From a virus, in IMG/VR virus record IMGVR_UViG_3300032893_000006, positions 1 to 64,000 of that record: a stretch of DNA of 64,000 nt; one strand, given 5' to 3'. A program made the position numbers and the translations under genes. The notes beneath the pieces are model-generated. The model saw nothing but the letters and a program-made list of their open reading frames with translations. It did no database searches and had not been told where the DNA came from. This document shows positions 35,897 through 45,354 of the stretch, in pieces; positions within the stretch are counted from its first letter, which is position 1, and each line of letters starts with the position of its first letter.

Positions 35897-36516
35897 TCCC
35901 CGTCCTCGTCGAATTCGTATTCGTTCGCTATGATGGTTTCGTCGACTGCCTCGTCACTGGTTTGGTAGTGATACTCCTCTTCAAGACTTCTGTATATCCA
36001 ATCTGCAAAGCTGCGCATGGAGTCTTGGAGTTCATTGGATACAACGAGACTTAATTCGTCTCCCTCATCGTCGGTGGCTGTGACGCTCATCATCCCCGAG
36101 TGACTATAGCGGTTGTCGTTCTGGCTGATTATGCCGTTCATCGACTTGCCTTCGAGAAGACGCAGGCGGCATTGCAGCGCCATGAGCGAGTCTGCGATCT
36201 CGTGCAACGTCGAGTCGGTAGGAAATTCTTTACGAATAGCTTCTGCGCATCCGGGCTCAAACTTATAGCTGCCGGTAAAGCACGCGCCGTCGCCCTGTGA
36301 CCAGAATCCAGACCACCAGATGTTTACCTCGTGGCGCGTTTTTCCGTTCATGAGCTTCACCTCATGCGTGTTGAACGTGATTCCAAGAATTTTCGCCGCC
36401 GTCTCGAATGATTCGTACTCTGGTTCAAACTCAAAGCCTTCGAGCCACCATTCGCGCGCACGTTGCTTTGCTTCATCCGACAACTGTTCGAACTGTAAAA
36501 CGGTCTCTGTCTCCAT
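35887..36516 (-). CDS. Conserved acidic phage protein
   Basis: F.QLSDEAKQRA, SGF.SQGDGACF, IYR.LE.EY, NEYEFDEDG. Confidence 0.7.
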   Translation of the reverse strand: METETVLQFEQLSDEAKQRAREWWLEGFEFEPEYESFETAAKILGITFNTHEVKLMNGKTRHEVNIWWSGFWSQGDGACFTGSYKFEPGCAEAIRKEFPTDSTLHEIADSLMALQCRLRLLEGKSMNGIISQNDNRYSHSGMMSVTATDDEGDELSLVVSNELQDSMRSFADWIYRSLEEEYHYQTSDEAVDETIIANEYEFDEDGECL

Positions 36517-36562
36517 AGTGTGTCCCCTCCGAGGGATTGTCAGTTCATATCGTGTTGGTTGT

Positions 36563-36757
36563 TTATCGATTGATCTTCTTCTTCATCACCAATTCAACGC
36601 AAACAGCGATGGAGAGAAACAGCGCAAGCGGACCTAAGAGAGCAATCAGCGCGACATCGGGATCAATTCTCCCTTGATCGTCTCGAACTATATCCAGTGC
36701 AATACGTGCGCCGAAAACTCCGGCGATAAACCATAACGCTACGATGATTCCTATCAT
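36563..36757 (-). CDS. Small two-TM membrane protein
   Basis: Two hydrophobic segments. Confidence 0.5.
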   Translation of the reverse strand: MIGIIVALWFIAGVFGARIALDIVRDDQGRIDPDVALIALLGPLALFLSIAVCVELVMKKKINR

Positions 36758-36807
36758 GTTGTTGTCCTTTCTGCCGGGAAACCGACCCGGCGCGGGTTGC
36801 GAGTTTA

Positions 36808-37128
36808 TCAGTCTGGTGGAAGCCCCCTCCATGTGTTTCGAATGAAGTCGCCAAAAGCGCCACTAATCATCACGATGCATTTATGGGTATAGAAAATTGA
36901 TGGTTGTGTGCGGACAGCGTAGGAAAGAAAATTCGCCGCGTCGGTTGTCCGGCCAGAATCGAAAAGGCGATTCAAATAAACCACTAATGCCCTGATCTGC
37001 TTTTGTGTTTGAGCAGTTGTCGCCGCCAGCCGCGCCACACGCTCAATAGCGGTATCACTGTCAGGGAATGGCGCGGTTGCCGGGGCAGATAGAATTGCGG
37101 TTACTAGGTCCGCTACTGAAATACTCAT
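36808..37128 (-). CDS. Hypothetical protein
   Basis: 106-aa ORF. Confidence 0.5.
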   Translation of the reverse strand: MSISVADLVTAILSAPATAPFPDSDTAIERVARLAATTAQTQKQIRALVVYLNRLFDSGRTTDAANFLSYAVRTQPSIFYTHKCIVMISGAFGDFIRNTWRGLPPD

Positions 37129-37174
37129 TGCCGGTCCAGTCTGCCGCGATACGCTCGCGGCCAGCGGTTACTGG

Positions 37175-38428
37175 CTAACGGTCAACGTACACTGTATCCC
37201 CGAATGGTGCCGTTTTGTTTTCGGTCGTGCTCAACCACAACACGGGGTACGGTGGCGGAACCTCAGGAAAGGTTCCGTACAGGTCCGTGATGCAGATGGC
37301 GCACACTGCTGTGCCGTCCTTCTCGATTGCCTCAAGCGCTGGCCGAAAGTTCGTGCCGCCGCCGCCTTTGGGTTTCCACTCCAACGGCTCGCCCTTGCCA
37401 AAATGATCGACGCCACACACGGCGGCATCCGCATAGATCACAGTCACGCCAGCCGGTGAGCACTCGTCGATGACGGACTCAATAATTCCACGCGCGTATT
37501 GCAGTGACGTGGCGTCGACTGATCCTGACGTGTCTACCATGATTGCGACTTCGCCCATCTCGTGCGAGTGAAGCGCTGGCAGGTAGATGCCATGCGAGAT
37601 GTAGCGGGTATTAGGCCGCGTCCATGAGTAGTCGCTATTAGTGCGCTCAGAAAAGAAACGGAGCAGTAGAGACCGCAGGTCGACGCGCGGCCTCATTGCC
37701 ACTTCCATGAAACGATTCATGCCAACCGGGAGGTTCCCCATCATCTTGGCTTGCGTCGCCGCCATGGTCGTGCGCTCTTTCCAGTCCTGCTCACTTGGAG
37801 CAGGCGCGCCGCCCTCGTCTGGCTGTGTAGGCGCGTCGCGGACTTCACCGAGCGGGTCAGGCTGTCCATCACCGCTAGCGCCGTCCTGAGGGGTTCCCTG
37901 CGCGTTTGATTGGCCCTGTGACGCGCTGTTCGATTGTTGCTGGCCCTTTCCACCCTGTTTCTGCTGCTGGCCATTGCTGCCGCCAGTTCCGGCCTGCTGT
38001 TGGCCAGACTTGCCGCTTTGCTGGCCCGGATTTTCACCAAGTCGCGCGTAGTACCATTCTGCCGACTTGCCCTCCTCTCCAGACTTCGGATAGAAAACAC
38101 CTTCTGGCAACTTAAAACCAGCCTCGCGCAGTTCGTGATTGATTGCCATGTCGCAGGCCATGTTCCATGGCGTCATGCCGCGCCCGTCACGCCGCCATGG
38201 ATGCCCCGCCGCGCAGTGCATGACTTCATGCGCGACTAGCGCCGTGCATACGTCATGCGATAGCGTCTCGATGAAGGCGGGATTGAAAGCCAGTACGCGT
38301 CCATCTGTCCACGCCGTCTGGCACGTTGAATCTTCGCGCAGTTCGAGATGCAGCGCGAGCGATCCAAAGAACGGGGATTCGAGGACCAAACTTGTACGGG
38401 CTGCGACCAGTTTACTTTTTGCGCTCAT
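37175..38428 (-). CDS. DUF2201-like metallopeptidase (HExxH) plus vWA-like domain
   Basis: TAWTDGR, AHEVMH, N.A.D.AIN, Q/G-rich linker, VDTSGS, GGGGTNF. Confidence 0.85.
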   Translation of the reverse strand: MSAKSKLVAARTSLVLESPFFGSLALHLELREDSTCQTAWTDGRVLAFNPAFIETLSHDVCTALVAHEVMHCAAGHPWRRDGRGMTPWNMACDMAINHELREAGFKLPEGVFYPKSGEEGKSAEWYYARLGENPGQQSGKSGQQQAGTGGSNGQQQKQGGKGQQQSNSASQGQSNAQGTPQDGASGDGQPDPLGEVRDAPTQPDEGGAPAPSEQDWKERTTMAATQAKMMGNLPVGMNRFMEVAMRPRVDLRSLLLRFFSERTNSDYSWTRPNTRYISHGIYLPALHSHEMGEVAIMVDTSGSVDATSLQYARGIIESVIDECSPAGVTVIYADAAVCGVDHFGKGEPLEWKPKGGGGTNFRPALEAIEKDGTAVCAICITDLYGTFPEVPPPYPVLWLSTTENKTAPFGDTVYVDR

Positions 38429-39053
38429 ATCTTTTTCTCCTCATCGTCAGCGATTTTTCTGTGCTGTGTTTGAGTAATCTCTCATGTAAAGTTCCCGGAG
38501 TGATGCCAAGTTTATTTGCCCATTCAGTCAGAGTCAGCGTCTCTCCGTTATGTGTGAGTCTGCGATTGTGCCGAGTATTATTCGCCTGCTCTTTAGCGCT
38601 CGCCCATCGGCAATTTCCCGGCTCGTAATTGCCATCGTTGTTGTTACGTTCGATGGACTGCCCACGTTCACGCTCGCCCATATCAGCAAAAAAGTTTTTG
38701 AAGTCTAACCAACGCTGGCAGATTGCAATGCTACGTGCGCCGTAGAGCGGATACTTCGGATCAAGCGGATTGGTGCATCGAGAAAGCATTCCTTTCCAAC
38801 TGGCATAGGCGCGCGTTTTGGACCGCCCATGCGTGGTTTTCAGTTCCTGCATTCTTGCCGACGTGCGATCTCGTTTGAGACATCCGCACGACTGTGTATT
38901 GCCGGTGATGAGACGGTAACCTAGAACAATTGCGACCGCTCCGCAATCGCACTGACATTCCCACTGTGTATTTCCAGCACGATTACTCGCTGCGCGCCTC
39001 ACTACTTGCAGGCGCGCAAACCGTTTACCAGTCAGATTGAGAGGGCTACTCAT
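38412..39053 (-). CDS. HNH-type homing endonuclease
   Basis: LTGKRF, WECQCDCG, SCGC, SIERNNNDGNYEPGNCRWA. Confidence 0.85.
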   Translation of the reverse strand: MSSPLNLTGKRFARLQVVRRAASNRAGNTQWECQCDCGAVAIVLGYRLITGNTQSCGCLKRDRTSARMQELKTTHGRSKTRAYASWKGMLSRCTNPLDPKYPLYGARSIAICQRWLDFKNFFADMGERERGQSIERNNNDGNYEPGNCRWASAKEQANNTRHNRRLTHNGETLTLTEWANKLGITPGTLHERLLKHSTEKSLTMRRKRYERKK

Positions 39054-39952
39054 TGTGCAACGATTTTCCCGTAAGTTGCCGCCATTGCGTCCAGAATGCT
39101 CTGTGCGCGTTTGGCTGTATCGACGCGTACGTTCATGTCCTCGCGCAGTACCTGAGGCTCAGCAACGGCCAGCGCTTCGGTTTGCTGGCGCAACTGTTCG
39201 AGCGTCGGATCATCGGCAAGGTTGATGCGCTTCAAAACGTCGCACACGTCACGAGCGTTCTGAATGAGAGAATCACGGAAGATTCCGGGCTTGATCTCGC
39301 CATCCTCGCCCTTGGTCGTCGCCGTCAGACGTTCGTGGATGCGTTGCACAACTTCATGCAAGCGCTTCACGGCGTCGTTTTGCGCGTCCTCAAATTCCGC
39401 CCTTGCGCGCTGCTCTGTTTTCTCTGCGAGTATCTTGATCTCCTCTTCGGAGAGTTCAACGCGCCAATCTCCGGCAGACGGCACAGGTTTGAATTGAATA
39501 TCAAAGCTGTAGCGCGAGCGAAGGTCGGTCGGGTAGTCCGTATCTTCAAACAGGCCATTAAAGCGCCGCTGCGCTTCGACGCGAAGTGCCGGATAGTCAG
39601 CGATGAATTCGTCAAGCAGCGTATCGAACTTGTGCCGCCCTTGCCGCATGAGGTCCATGTACGTGTGGTAGTTTTTGACGGGCAGAATGCGCCATCCGTC
39701 GTCGGACCATGGCAGCGTCTGTGCATCGTTCAACTGGCGCAGCGCGCCGATGTGCTGTACCAGTGCCTTGTACGTTACAGCGTCGGCAGGCAGAAGGTGC
39801 TTGTTATAGCGGCCTGCGTCCAGACTTGCGCCGTGCGCGTCGGCGACTTCTTGCGAGACCTTGCGGTCATATTTGCGCGCCGTCCATGCGGTGATGCGCA
39901 ACCCTGCGAGCATTGCACGCGTGTGAAGGTCTTTCTGTTGTGTTTTTGCCAT
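39050..39952 (-). CDS. DUF3150-like helical protein
   Basis: L.I..W...K.D, GWRILP, YP; typical position between the AAA and DUF2201 genes. Confidence 0.65.
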   Translation of the reverse strand: MAKTQQKDLHTRAMLAGLRITAWTARKYDRKVSQEVADAHGASLDAGRYNKHLLPADAVTYKALVQHIGALRQLNDAQTLPWSDDGWRILPVKNYHTYMDLMRQGRHKFDTLLDEFIADYPALRVEAQRRFNGLFEDTDYPTDLRSRYSFDIQFKPVPSAGDWRVELSEEEIKILAEKTEQRARAEFEDAQNDAVKRLHEVVQRIHERLTATTKGEDGEIKPGIFRDSLIQNARDVCDVLKRINLADDPTLEQLRQQTEALAVAEPQVLREDMNVRVDTAKRAQSILDAMAATYGKIVAQ

Positions 39953-39954
39953 GG

Positions 39955-40985
39955 CTATCGATTACCCCCCGAGATAAGTTGCCCCAATGGGCCAGCGTTG
40001 AGATTGTTGAAGGTTTGTGTATACGCAAGTTTGGGCGTGTGACGGATTGCATCACGAAAAGCCAAGACAGCGAATTCGCCGCGATCCTTCGTGAGCCGTG
40101 CAATGTACTTTCCAACATGCGCAAAGTTCTGTTCGTTGGCGCGTGCCGCAAGTCCAGTCGTCACCGCGTACAGTTCGTCGACCTTGGTTGGGATCGGTGA
40201 ATTAACTGGATCGGTAAGAATCTGATCGATGGTGACAAGACTTCCAGCGAGCTTGCGAAATGCAAGGTACTCGGTCGCTGCTGCGACTCCGACTGCGCCA
40301 GCGAAGGCGGCGGCTTCAATGTCGCGCGGCAGGTTCAACTGCTCAAGCTGTGCGACGCGCGCCCATGTGCGCGGTACCGGCGAGTTTACAAGGTCTGCCG
40401 ATGCTTCGAACTTTGAGAGCAGGTCTGGCCGGTAGCGAAGGAAGGCAATCAGAGTAACCGGGATGCCGGAATCAATCGCCCATCCTGACCAGTCGTCGAT
40501 GATTGCTTCGAGTTCGACGATAGCCGCGAACCGCGACTTGACGGGCTCAAGGATGCCAGTCACGCCAGCGCGATCTGTACGGCGGTTTGTTGCCGCGACG
40601 AACGTCACGCAATCGGGCAGCTTGTGACCGTTCACGCGACGCGCCAGCAGCAACTGCATAAAGCTGGCCTGCACTGCCGGTGGAGCTTGGCCAAGTCATC
40701 GAGAAACCACACGGTTGGCTTGGTGGCGTCGATTGCGTCGGCGAGTTCGCCGTACGGAAGAAAGGTTGCGCGCTTCGCGCTTTTCTCCGGCCACGGCAAG
40801 CCCTTTGCGTCGGTCGGGTCGGCGACGGCAGGATGCGAGATGATGAGTTCAGCTTTTGCCGCTTGCGTGGCTTGCAGCACGATATCTGTTTTGCCGATAC
40901 CGGGTGCGCCAGTGATGAGTAAGGGCAGGCGCGCGGGAATCATTGCCGCGAGCAGTTGAGTAAGTTGCGATGGACTGATTGCCAT
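39955..40985 (-). CDS. MoxR-like AAA+ ATPase, frameshifted at about 40691
   Basis: GAPGIGKT, WFLDD, then shifted frame QAPPAVQASFMQL, ATNR, SRF, PRTW. Confidence 0.85.
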
Positions 40986-41051
40986 GGTGTCCCCTCCGAG
41001 GGATGGTGTGTTGATGGTTGTGGTTGTGTCCAGATTCTGGACGGATGCATA

Positions 41052-41297
41052 TTACAGCGTGTCAATGTCGAAGTGAATGCGACCACGCAACACGCGTGCG
41101 CGTGTCTTGATGCGGTTGAGGTCGACAATCGCGCGGCTGTAGTTGCCGGTGATCTCGCGCCACTCGTCCTCGCTCATATCGTCTGTCTGGTTGCGGAAAT
41201 TTGCGCGTGCGGTTTCGAATGCGTGCTGCGCGTAGGATGCCTCGCCTTTCAGCGCGTGCAGTTCGCTAGCGCTTTGAATCAATCTGGTTATGCTCAT
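41052..41297 (-). CDS. Small early protein
   Basis: SD CTCGGAGGGG. Confidence 0.55.
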   Translation of the reverse strand: MSITRLIQSASELHALKGEASYAQHAFETARANFRNQTDDMSEDEWREITGNYSRAIVDLNRIKTRARVLRGRIHFDIDTL

Positions 41298-41332
41298 AAC
41301 CCCTCCGAGGGTTGGGTTGTGGTGCGTTGCGG

Positions 41333-41515
41333 TTATGCCAGCAGGTCGATGCGCTTGGTGCTTGTCATCAACTGCGCAGGTCGTGAGACGTAGCGCGCGA
41401 CCTCAAACACTGTCGCTGTGCTGTCAACGTCGCGTTGTATGGCCAGTGCCTTGCGTGCAGCGTCCTCTTCTGACTCTGCGTCGACTTCGATGGTCCACGT
41501 GACTCTGTATTCCAT
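41333..41515 (-). CDS. Small early protein
   Basis: MEYRVTWTIEVDAES.EDAARKA; SD GGGGAG. Confidence 0.6.
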   Translation of the reverse strand: MEYRVTWTIEVDAESEEDAARKALAIQRDVDSTATVFEVARYVSRPAQLMTSTKRIDLLA

Positions 41516-41554
41516 GTGATCTCCCCAATGATCTCAATGACAGTGCGTTGTGGT

Positions 41555-41680
41555 TTACTGCTTATTCTTGCGCTCCATTGAATTGGGCAGAACAAACAGC
41601 TTGATGATGGCCAGACCTGCGAACGTCCCGGCCACGATGATTCCGATGTACGAGAAAGCGAAAAACACTTGGTTGTGCAT
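41555..41680 (-). CDS. Single-TM peptide
   Basis: SD CTCGGAGGG; hydrophobic core. Confidence 0.5.
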   Translation of the reverse strand: MHNQVFFAFSYIGIIVAGTFAGLAIIKLFVLPNSMERKNKQ

Positions 41681-41724
41681 GGTGATTCCCTCCGAGTAGT
41701 GGTGTGCGGTGCGTGGTGGGTGAC

Positions 41725-41859
41725 TTACTCGTCGTCCTCGATCTCGCTGGCGTCGCAGTTGTAATCCATGCCGCAATCGCGGCAGCGAAGGTGCGCCAGT
41801 TTACCGAGAATGCCGAGCAGCGTTGCGTACAGTGATCCACATGCTGGACAAGACATCAT
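41725..41859 (-). CDS. 44-aa Zn-ribbon peptide
   Basis: CPAC...CRDC; SD CTCGGAGGG; below the ORF-track cutoff. Confidence 0.6.
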   Translation of the reverse strand: MMSCPACGSLYATLLGILGKLAHLRCRDCGMDYNCDASEIEDDE

Positions 41860-41898
41860 GTTTTCCCTCCGAGTTGAAGTGTGGTCGTGCTGGTGCGG

Positions 41899-42123
41899 TT
41901 ATGCGCTGCGGTGCTCGTGGCGCGCGTAGACGTTGGCAGGTTCGCCTGTGAAAGTTGGAAGAGTTTGAAGGTCTGGGAAGCCAGCTTGCTGCGCTTCGAG
42001 GTTGACGATTTTCTGCGCCCTGTCAATGATCGTCATAAAATCCCGATGCGTTCTTGGGTCCATTTCTGATCGATCTGTTCTTATAGCGATGCGTGTCAGC
42101 TTGCTATACGCTTCGAGGTACAT
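41899..42123 (-). CDS. Small early protein
   Basis: SD TCGGAGGG. Confidence 0.5.
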   Translation of the reverse strand: MYLEAYSKLTRIAIRTDRSEMDPRTHRDFMTIIDRAQKIVNLEAQQAGFPDLQTLPTFTGEPANVYARHEHRSA

Positions 42124-42272
42124 TGCGATTCCCTCCGATGCTCCATTAGTAGTTGCTCAGGCGCGCCGCGTGAAGGCTGGAGTTTTGCGCCCGGAGAATG
42201 CAGCGATGCATTCCCATACTCATACTCAAAATGCACTCTCAGGTACTTGTGCCATTCACCATCGGTTAGCGC

Positions 42273-42442
42273 GCGTCTCGCGACGTTGCCCGTTTGCGTG
42301 TCTCACGACATGAGGTGATCCGTCCGCTTCGCTGGAATAGCGTGTGCAGGGGTTTCACAGGTTTCAGCGTTGCCCGTGTTCGCTCTGAGTTTTCAATGAC
42401 CTTGAGTTGATTCCCCCTGAGGGGTTTGGGTGTCTCACGACA
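42273..42442. promoter_or_regulatory. Three palindromic operator-like sites
   Basis: GTGTCTCACGACA at 42298-42310 and 42430-42442; variant GCGTCTCGCGACG at 42273-42285. Confidence 0.5.
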
Positions 42443-42462
42443 GCCATCAACTTACAGAGACG

Positions 42463-42492
42463 ACTCTACAGAAGATACTCTGCGCCTGTCAA
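42463..42492 (-). promoter_or_regulatory. Leftward promoter for the early block
   Basis: TTGACA-N18-TAGAGT at the divergence point. Confidence 0.6.
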
Positions 42493-42606
42493 CAACAATT
42501 TTACGAGAGTAAAGAAACATCCCACGGAAGTGGTATGGAAGGGTGGTAGGTCTGAGTGGTAGGGGTGTGCGTCCGAAGTTTGGACGGGCGGGGTATGATC
42601 GTGAGC

Positions 42607-42831
42607 ATGAGCCAACCTGATTACGGCCTGCGTCTTGAACCGGGCATCTTGAATGTTGTGACGTTGCGTCTCGTTCTTGACCGCGAGCATAAACCGGAGA
42701 CGATCACGGTCGTCTGCCACACGTACTACCAAGGTTCCGGTGATGTGGAGTTGTGGAACGTTGAGGACGGTCGCCTTGTGCGTCGCGCGACGTACTATCG
42801 CGTACTCAGTTGCGAGCGAGTGGACGACTGA
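42607..42831 (+). CDS. Small protein, paralog of 43652-43855
   Basis: CH.Y ... GRLV...Y.RV; TATGAT shortly upstream. Confidence 0.55.
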   Translation: MSQPDYGLRLEPGILNVVTLRLVLDREHKPETITVVCHTYYQGSGDVELWNVEDGRLVRRATYYRVLSCERVDD

Positions 42832-43202
42832 TATCACTTCATCGGGTAGAGTTTCCAATGGTCGTGGCCGATACGGTTTCTCGTCGCGTAGCGCAACCAG
42901 TCTAGGCGTGGTACTCGCACAGTGCGACAAGACGTGGCGGTCGCATCTTCGGGATGATCTCCAGCCAGAACGTCGCCCCATTCGTGGTGATCTCTTCCAG
43001 TGTCTCGATCTCGCTCGTCGCCATGCTCAACCTCTGCGCTTTATGATACCCTGCGCTCATGAGTGATTCACGCGTGAAGTGCTACCAGTTGCGCCGGTAC
43101 CGTGCTCGCGATCTTTGACGTGATCTCGTTTGCCGTCTGCGCTGTCGTCGCCATCGTGATTATGTGTCTCGCGATCATTTCCAGACCTTGGACGGGTGGA
43201 CG

Positions 43203-43445
43203 ATGAAGCGCCGCAACTTTCTTCGCATGGTTGCCGGTGCCGCTGTTGCGCCAGCGCTGCCCGGTGTGGACGATCCCGTTTTTTCCCCGCTGCGCCCGGA
43301 TTCCTGTGCTGACGTTGCGCTTGCGCAACAACTGGCGATCACTCCCCGTGAAGCGCTATTCTTTTTGGGCTCCCCTGCGCTGCACGTCGTGTACCTCAAT
43401 TCTGTGACTATAGTGGTGGGCTTCAAGGGGGATAATTCCGAATGA
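43203..43445 (+). CDS. Small protein with a twin-arginine-like N-terminus
   Basis: MKRRNFLRMVAGAAVAPA. Confidence 0.5.
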   Translation: MKRRNFLRMVAGAAVAPALPGVDDPVFSPLRPDSCADVALAQQLAITPREALFFLGSPALHVVYLNSVTIVVGFKGDNSE

Positions 43446-43651
43446 CTCTTTCCCAAGCGAGACGTCATCTTTCACGCTGCGAATTCTTTCAATTGCGCCA
43501 TCGTGTTCGCTCCACTTTCCGCTGCACCGGCCTGCGCTTTCGCCTCATGGCCGAAGTTGACATCATCCTCTTCGACTTGTAACCCAAAAATCCGGTGTCT
43601 TGTGATGATCCCACCCAGTGGGCCATTCCACTCCTCGAAAGGAAACCAACC

Positions 43652-43855
43652 ATGAAACCTGAAACCATCAATCCCATCAAGCTCACCATCGACTGCGACG
43701 ACTCCAAGCCCATCGTCACCACATGCCACTTCTACACCTTCAGCCCATTGACGAAAGTTCTCGCACTCTACATCGTCATAAATGGTCGACTCGTCGAAGC
43801 TGGTTGCTATACCCGCGTCTCTCAGTACAGCGAGCACAGAACACAAGACAAGTAA
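43652..43855 (+). CDS. Small protein, paralog of 42607-42831
   Basis: CHFY ... NGRLVEAGCYTRV; SD AAAGGA. Confidence 0.55.
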   Translation: MKPETINPIKLTIDCDDSKPIVTTCHFYTFSPLTKVLALYIVINGRLVEAGCYTRVSQYSEHRTQDK

Positions 43856-44185
43856 CCCCACCTTACGTGCACCACGCGCGGAACCGTGCACACGCGATCC
43901 CTGCGCTTTTCTCCCCACCACTGCCCTCTGCGCAACTGCCCCGCGCTGCGCTCTCTCTTCGTGTCCACGTGCGAAACCTCCGCATCTATTTCCCACGTCG
44001 CCAGACTACAACCTCATCCCGCGCCCTCCACGCATCCCTCTCAACCCTCCCTGCACTTCATCTCTACCGCGACATCGCTTTGTGTCTCTTCCGTACTTCG
44101 CTCTCCCCGTAGTGGTGCTCTTCGATTCTTCCGCACTTCGCCAGCGTCACCGCGCGGCAGGCTAGAAACCCTTCCGGCCAGAATG

Positions 44186-44210
44186 AAGCGCTATCAAGCG
44201 CTATCAAGCG
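44186..44210 (+). repeat. Tandem 10-bp repeat, 2.5 copies
   Basis: AAGCGCTATC AAGCGCTATC AAGCG. Confidence 0.8.
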
Positions 44211-44613
44211 AAAACCGGCGCAGCATTCACGCTCGCGCATCGGTCGGCTGCGGTGCCGGTGGTGCCGTCTGGTGCCCGTTCTTGGCCCGGAATTGGCCCC
44301 CGGCGCGCCCTTGGTCCCTGTCTGCCGCCCATTCTGTAGAATCGGCGACCGGACCCCCACAAGTGCCCCACACGCGTGGATCGGTCGACCCGTTGCCCCT
44401 GTCAGATGACCCGGATGGGTGACGAAGGCGGAGCGAAAACGTTGTCCGGCCACCCCCCCACCGCCGCAGGCAGTGACGGCTTTCCGCCTTGGTCCTTTAT
44501 GCCCAAAAAAAATATAGAGCGCAGACTTTCATAGCGCATAATGAGCGCAGCGTTTCACGTGGAACGTTTGTTCTTGACGCAGATGTAGTTGATTGCGATA
44601 CAGTGTAGTGATT

Positions 44614-45354
44614 ATGAATACAAATTTACCGACATCGATTCGAATTCCGAAAGTGGTGATGGAGTTGGCGCGAAAGATGGCGCAGGCTGAAGAGCGCAGT
44701 GTTTCGTACATTCTGTTGCGGTGGATTCAGGTTGGTGCTCAGAATGAGGCGCAGGGTTTGAGTTCACATTCACCGGTTGGTTCTGGCGCGGGTGCGGATG
44801 AAAAAGCGCAGAAAAGTTCGGAAGTTGTTCCGTTCTCCGGCGCGTTGGCTGGTGAAGTCGCTTCTGTCGCTTTGGTCGCGGAATCCCCCCGAGAGGGGAG
44901 CAAGACGCCCGGAGCGCAGAGTATCCCGGGTGGCCCTCGCATTCGCGTCGGCTCCAGCCTTAATGGTGGCGAGGTCTTACGCCATCAGGCGCAGACTATC
45001 TCAGGAGCCCCCGCTTCCTCCATTGAAGACTTGCGTATCGATTCCGTCATCCGCGCAATCAACGCCACACCACCTCCAGAGAACTTTCCGGGCATGTCCG
45101 GCACTCCCATTAATACGGAACCATTTCACCCTGAACCGTCTACCTGTGCGATCAAGTACACTCCCGAGCCAGCGAAGGTCACCAGTAAACTCGGCAAGGC
45201 GCAGAAAAAACCGAAACCGATTCTCCCCCCACGCTCGATTCCCGGCGTCACCACCGCTGCAGAACTTCCCACACCTCCCAAGGAAAAACACTGCCCCTCC
45301 TGCGGAGCCATCAGGGGGATGCACCAGAAAGGCTGTAAGGAGAGCCGCAAATGA
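44614..45354 (+). CDS. Ribbon-helix-helix (Arc/CopG-like) protein with a long disordered tail and C-terminal CxxC
   Basis: TSIRIP...ELARKMA..EERSVSYI; C-terminal CPSC...H..GC. Confidence 0.6.
   Translation: MNTNLPTSIRIPKVVMELARKMAQAEERSVSYILLRWIQVGAQNEAQGLSSHSPVGSGAGADEKAQKSSEVVPFSGALAGEVASVALVAESPREGSKTPGAQSIPGGPRIRVGSSLNGGEVLRHQAQTISGAPASSIEDLRIDSVIRAINATPPPENFPGMSGTPINTEPFHPEPSTCAIKYTPEPAKVTSKLGKAQKKPKPILPPRSIPGVTTAAELPTPPKEKHCPSCGAIRGMHQKGCKESRK

Noticed and set aside
39053-40042. Long antisense ORFs (also 13081-13878, 32333-33058, 21023-21604, 58957-59679)
   Set aside because: They lie opposite well-supported genes, lack an SD and recognisable motifs, and are expected shadows in GC-rich coding DNA.
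42100-42311. Minus-strand open frame preceded by ATG-TCG-TGA in the early leader
   Set aside because: No usable start after the stop, and it overlaps the operator-like palindromes; cannot be supported as a gene.
43472-43996. 174-aa minus-strand ORF
   Set aside because: It overlaps a better-supported plus-strand gene that has a paralog, and extends into low-complexity DNA.
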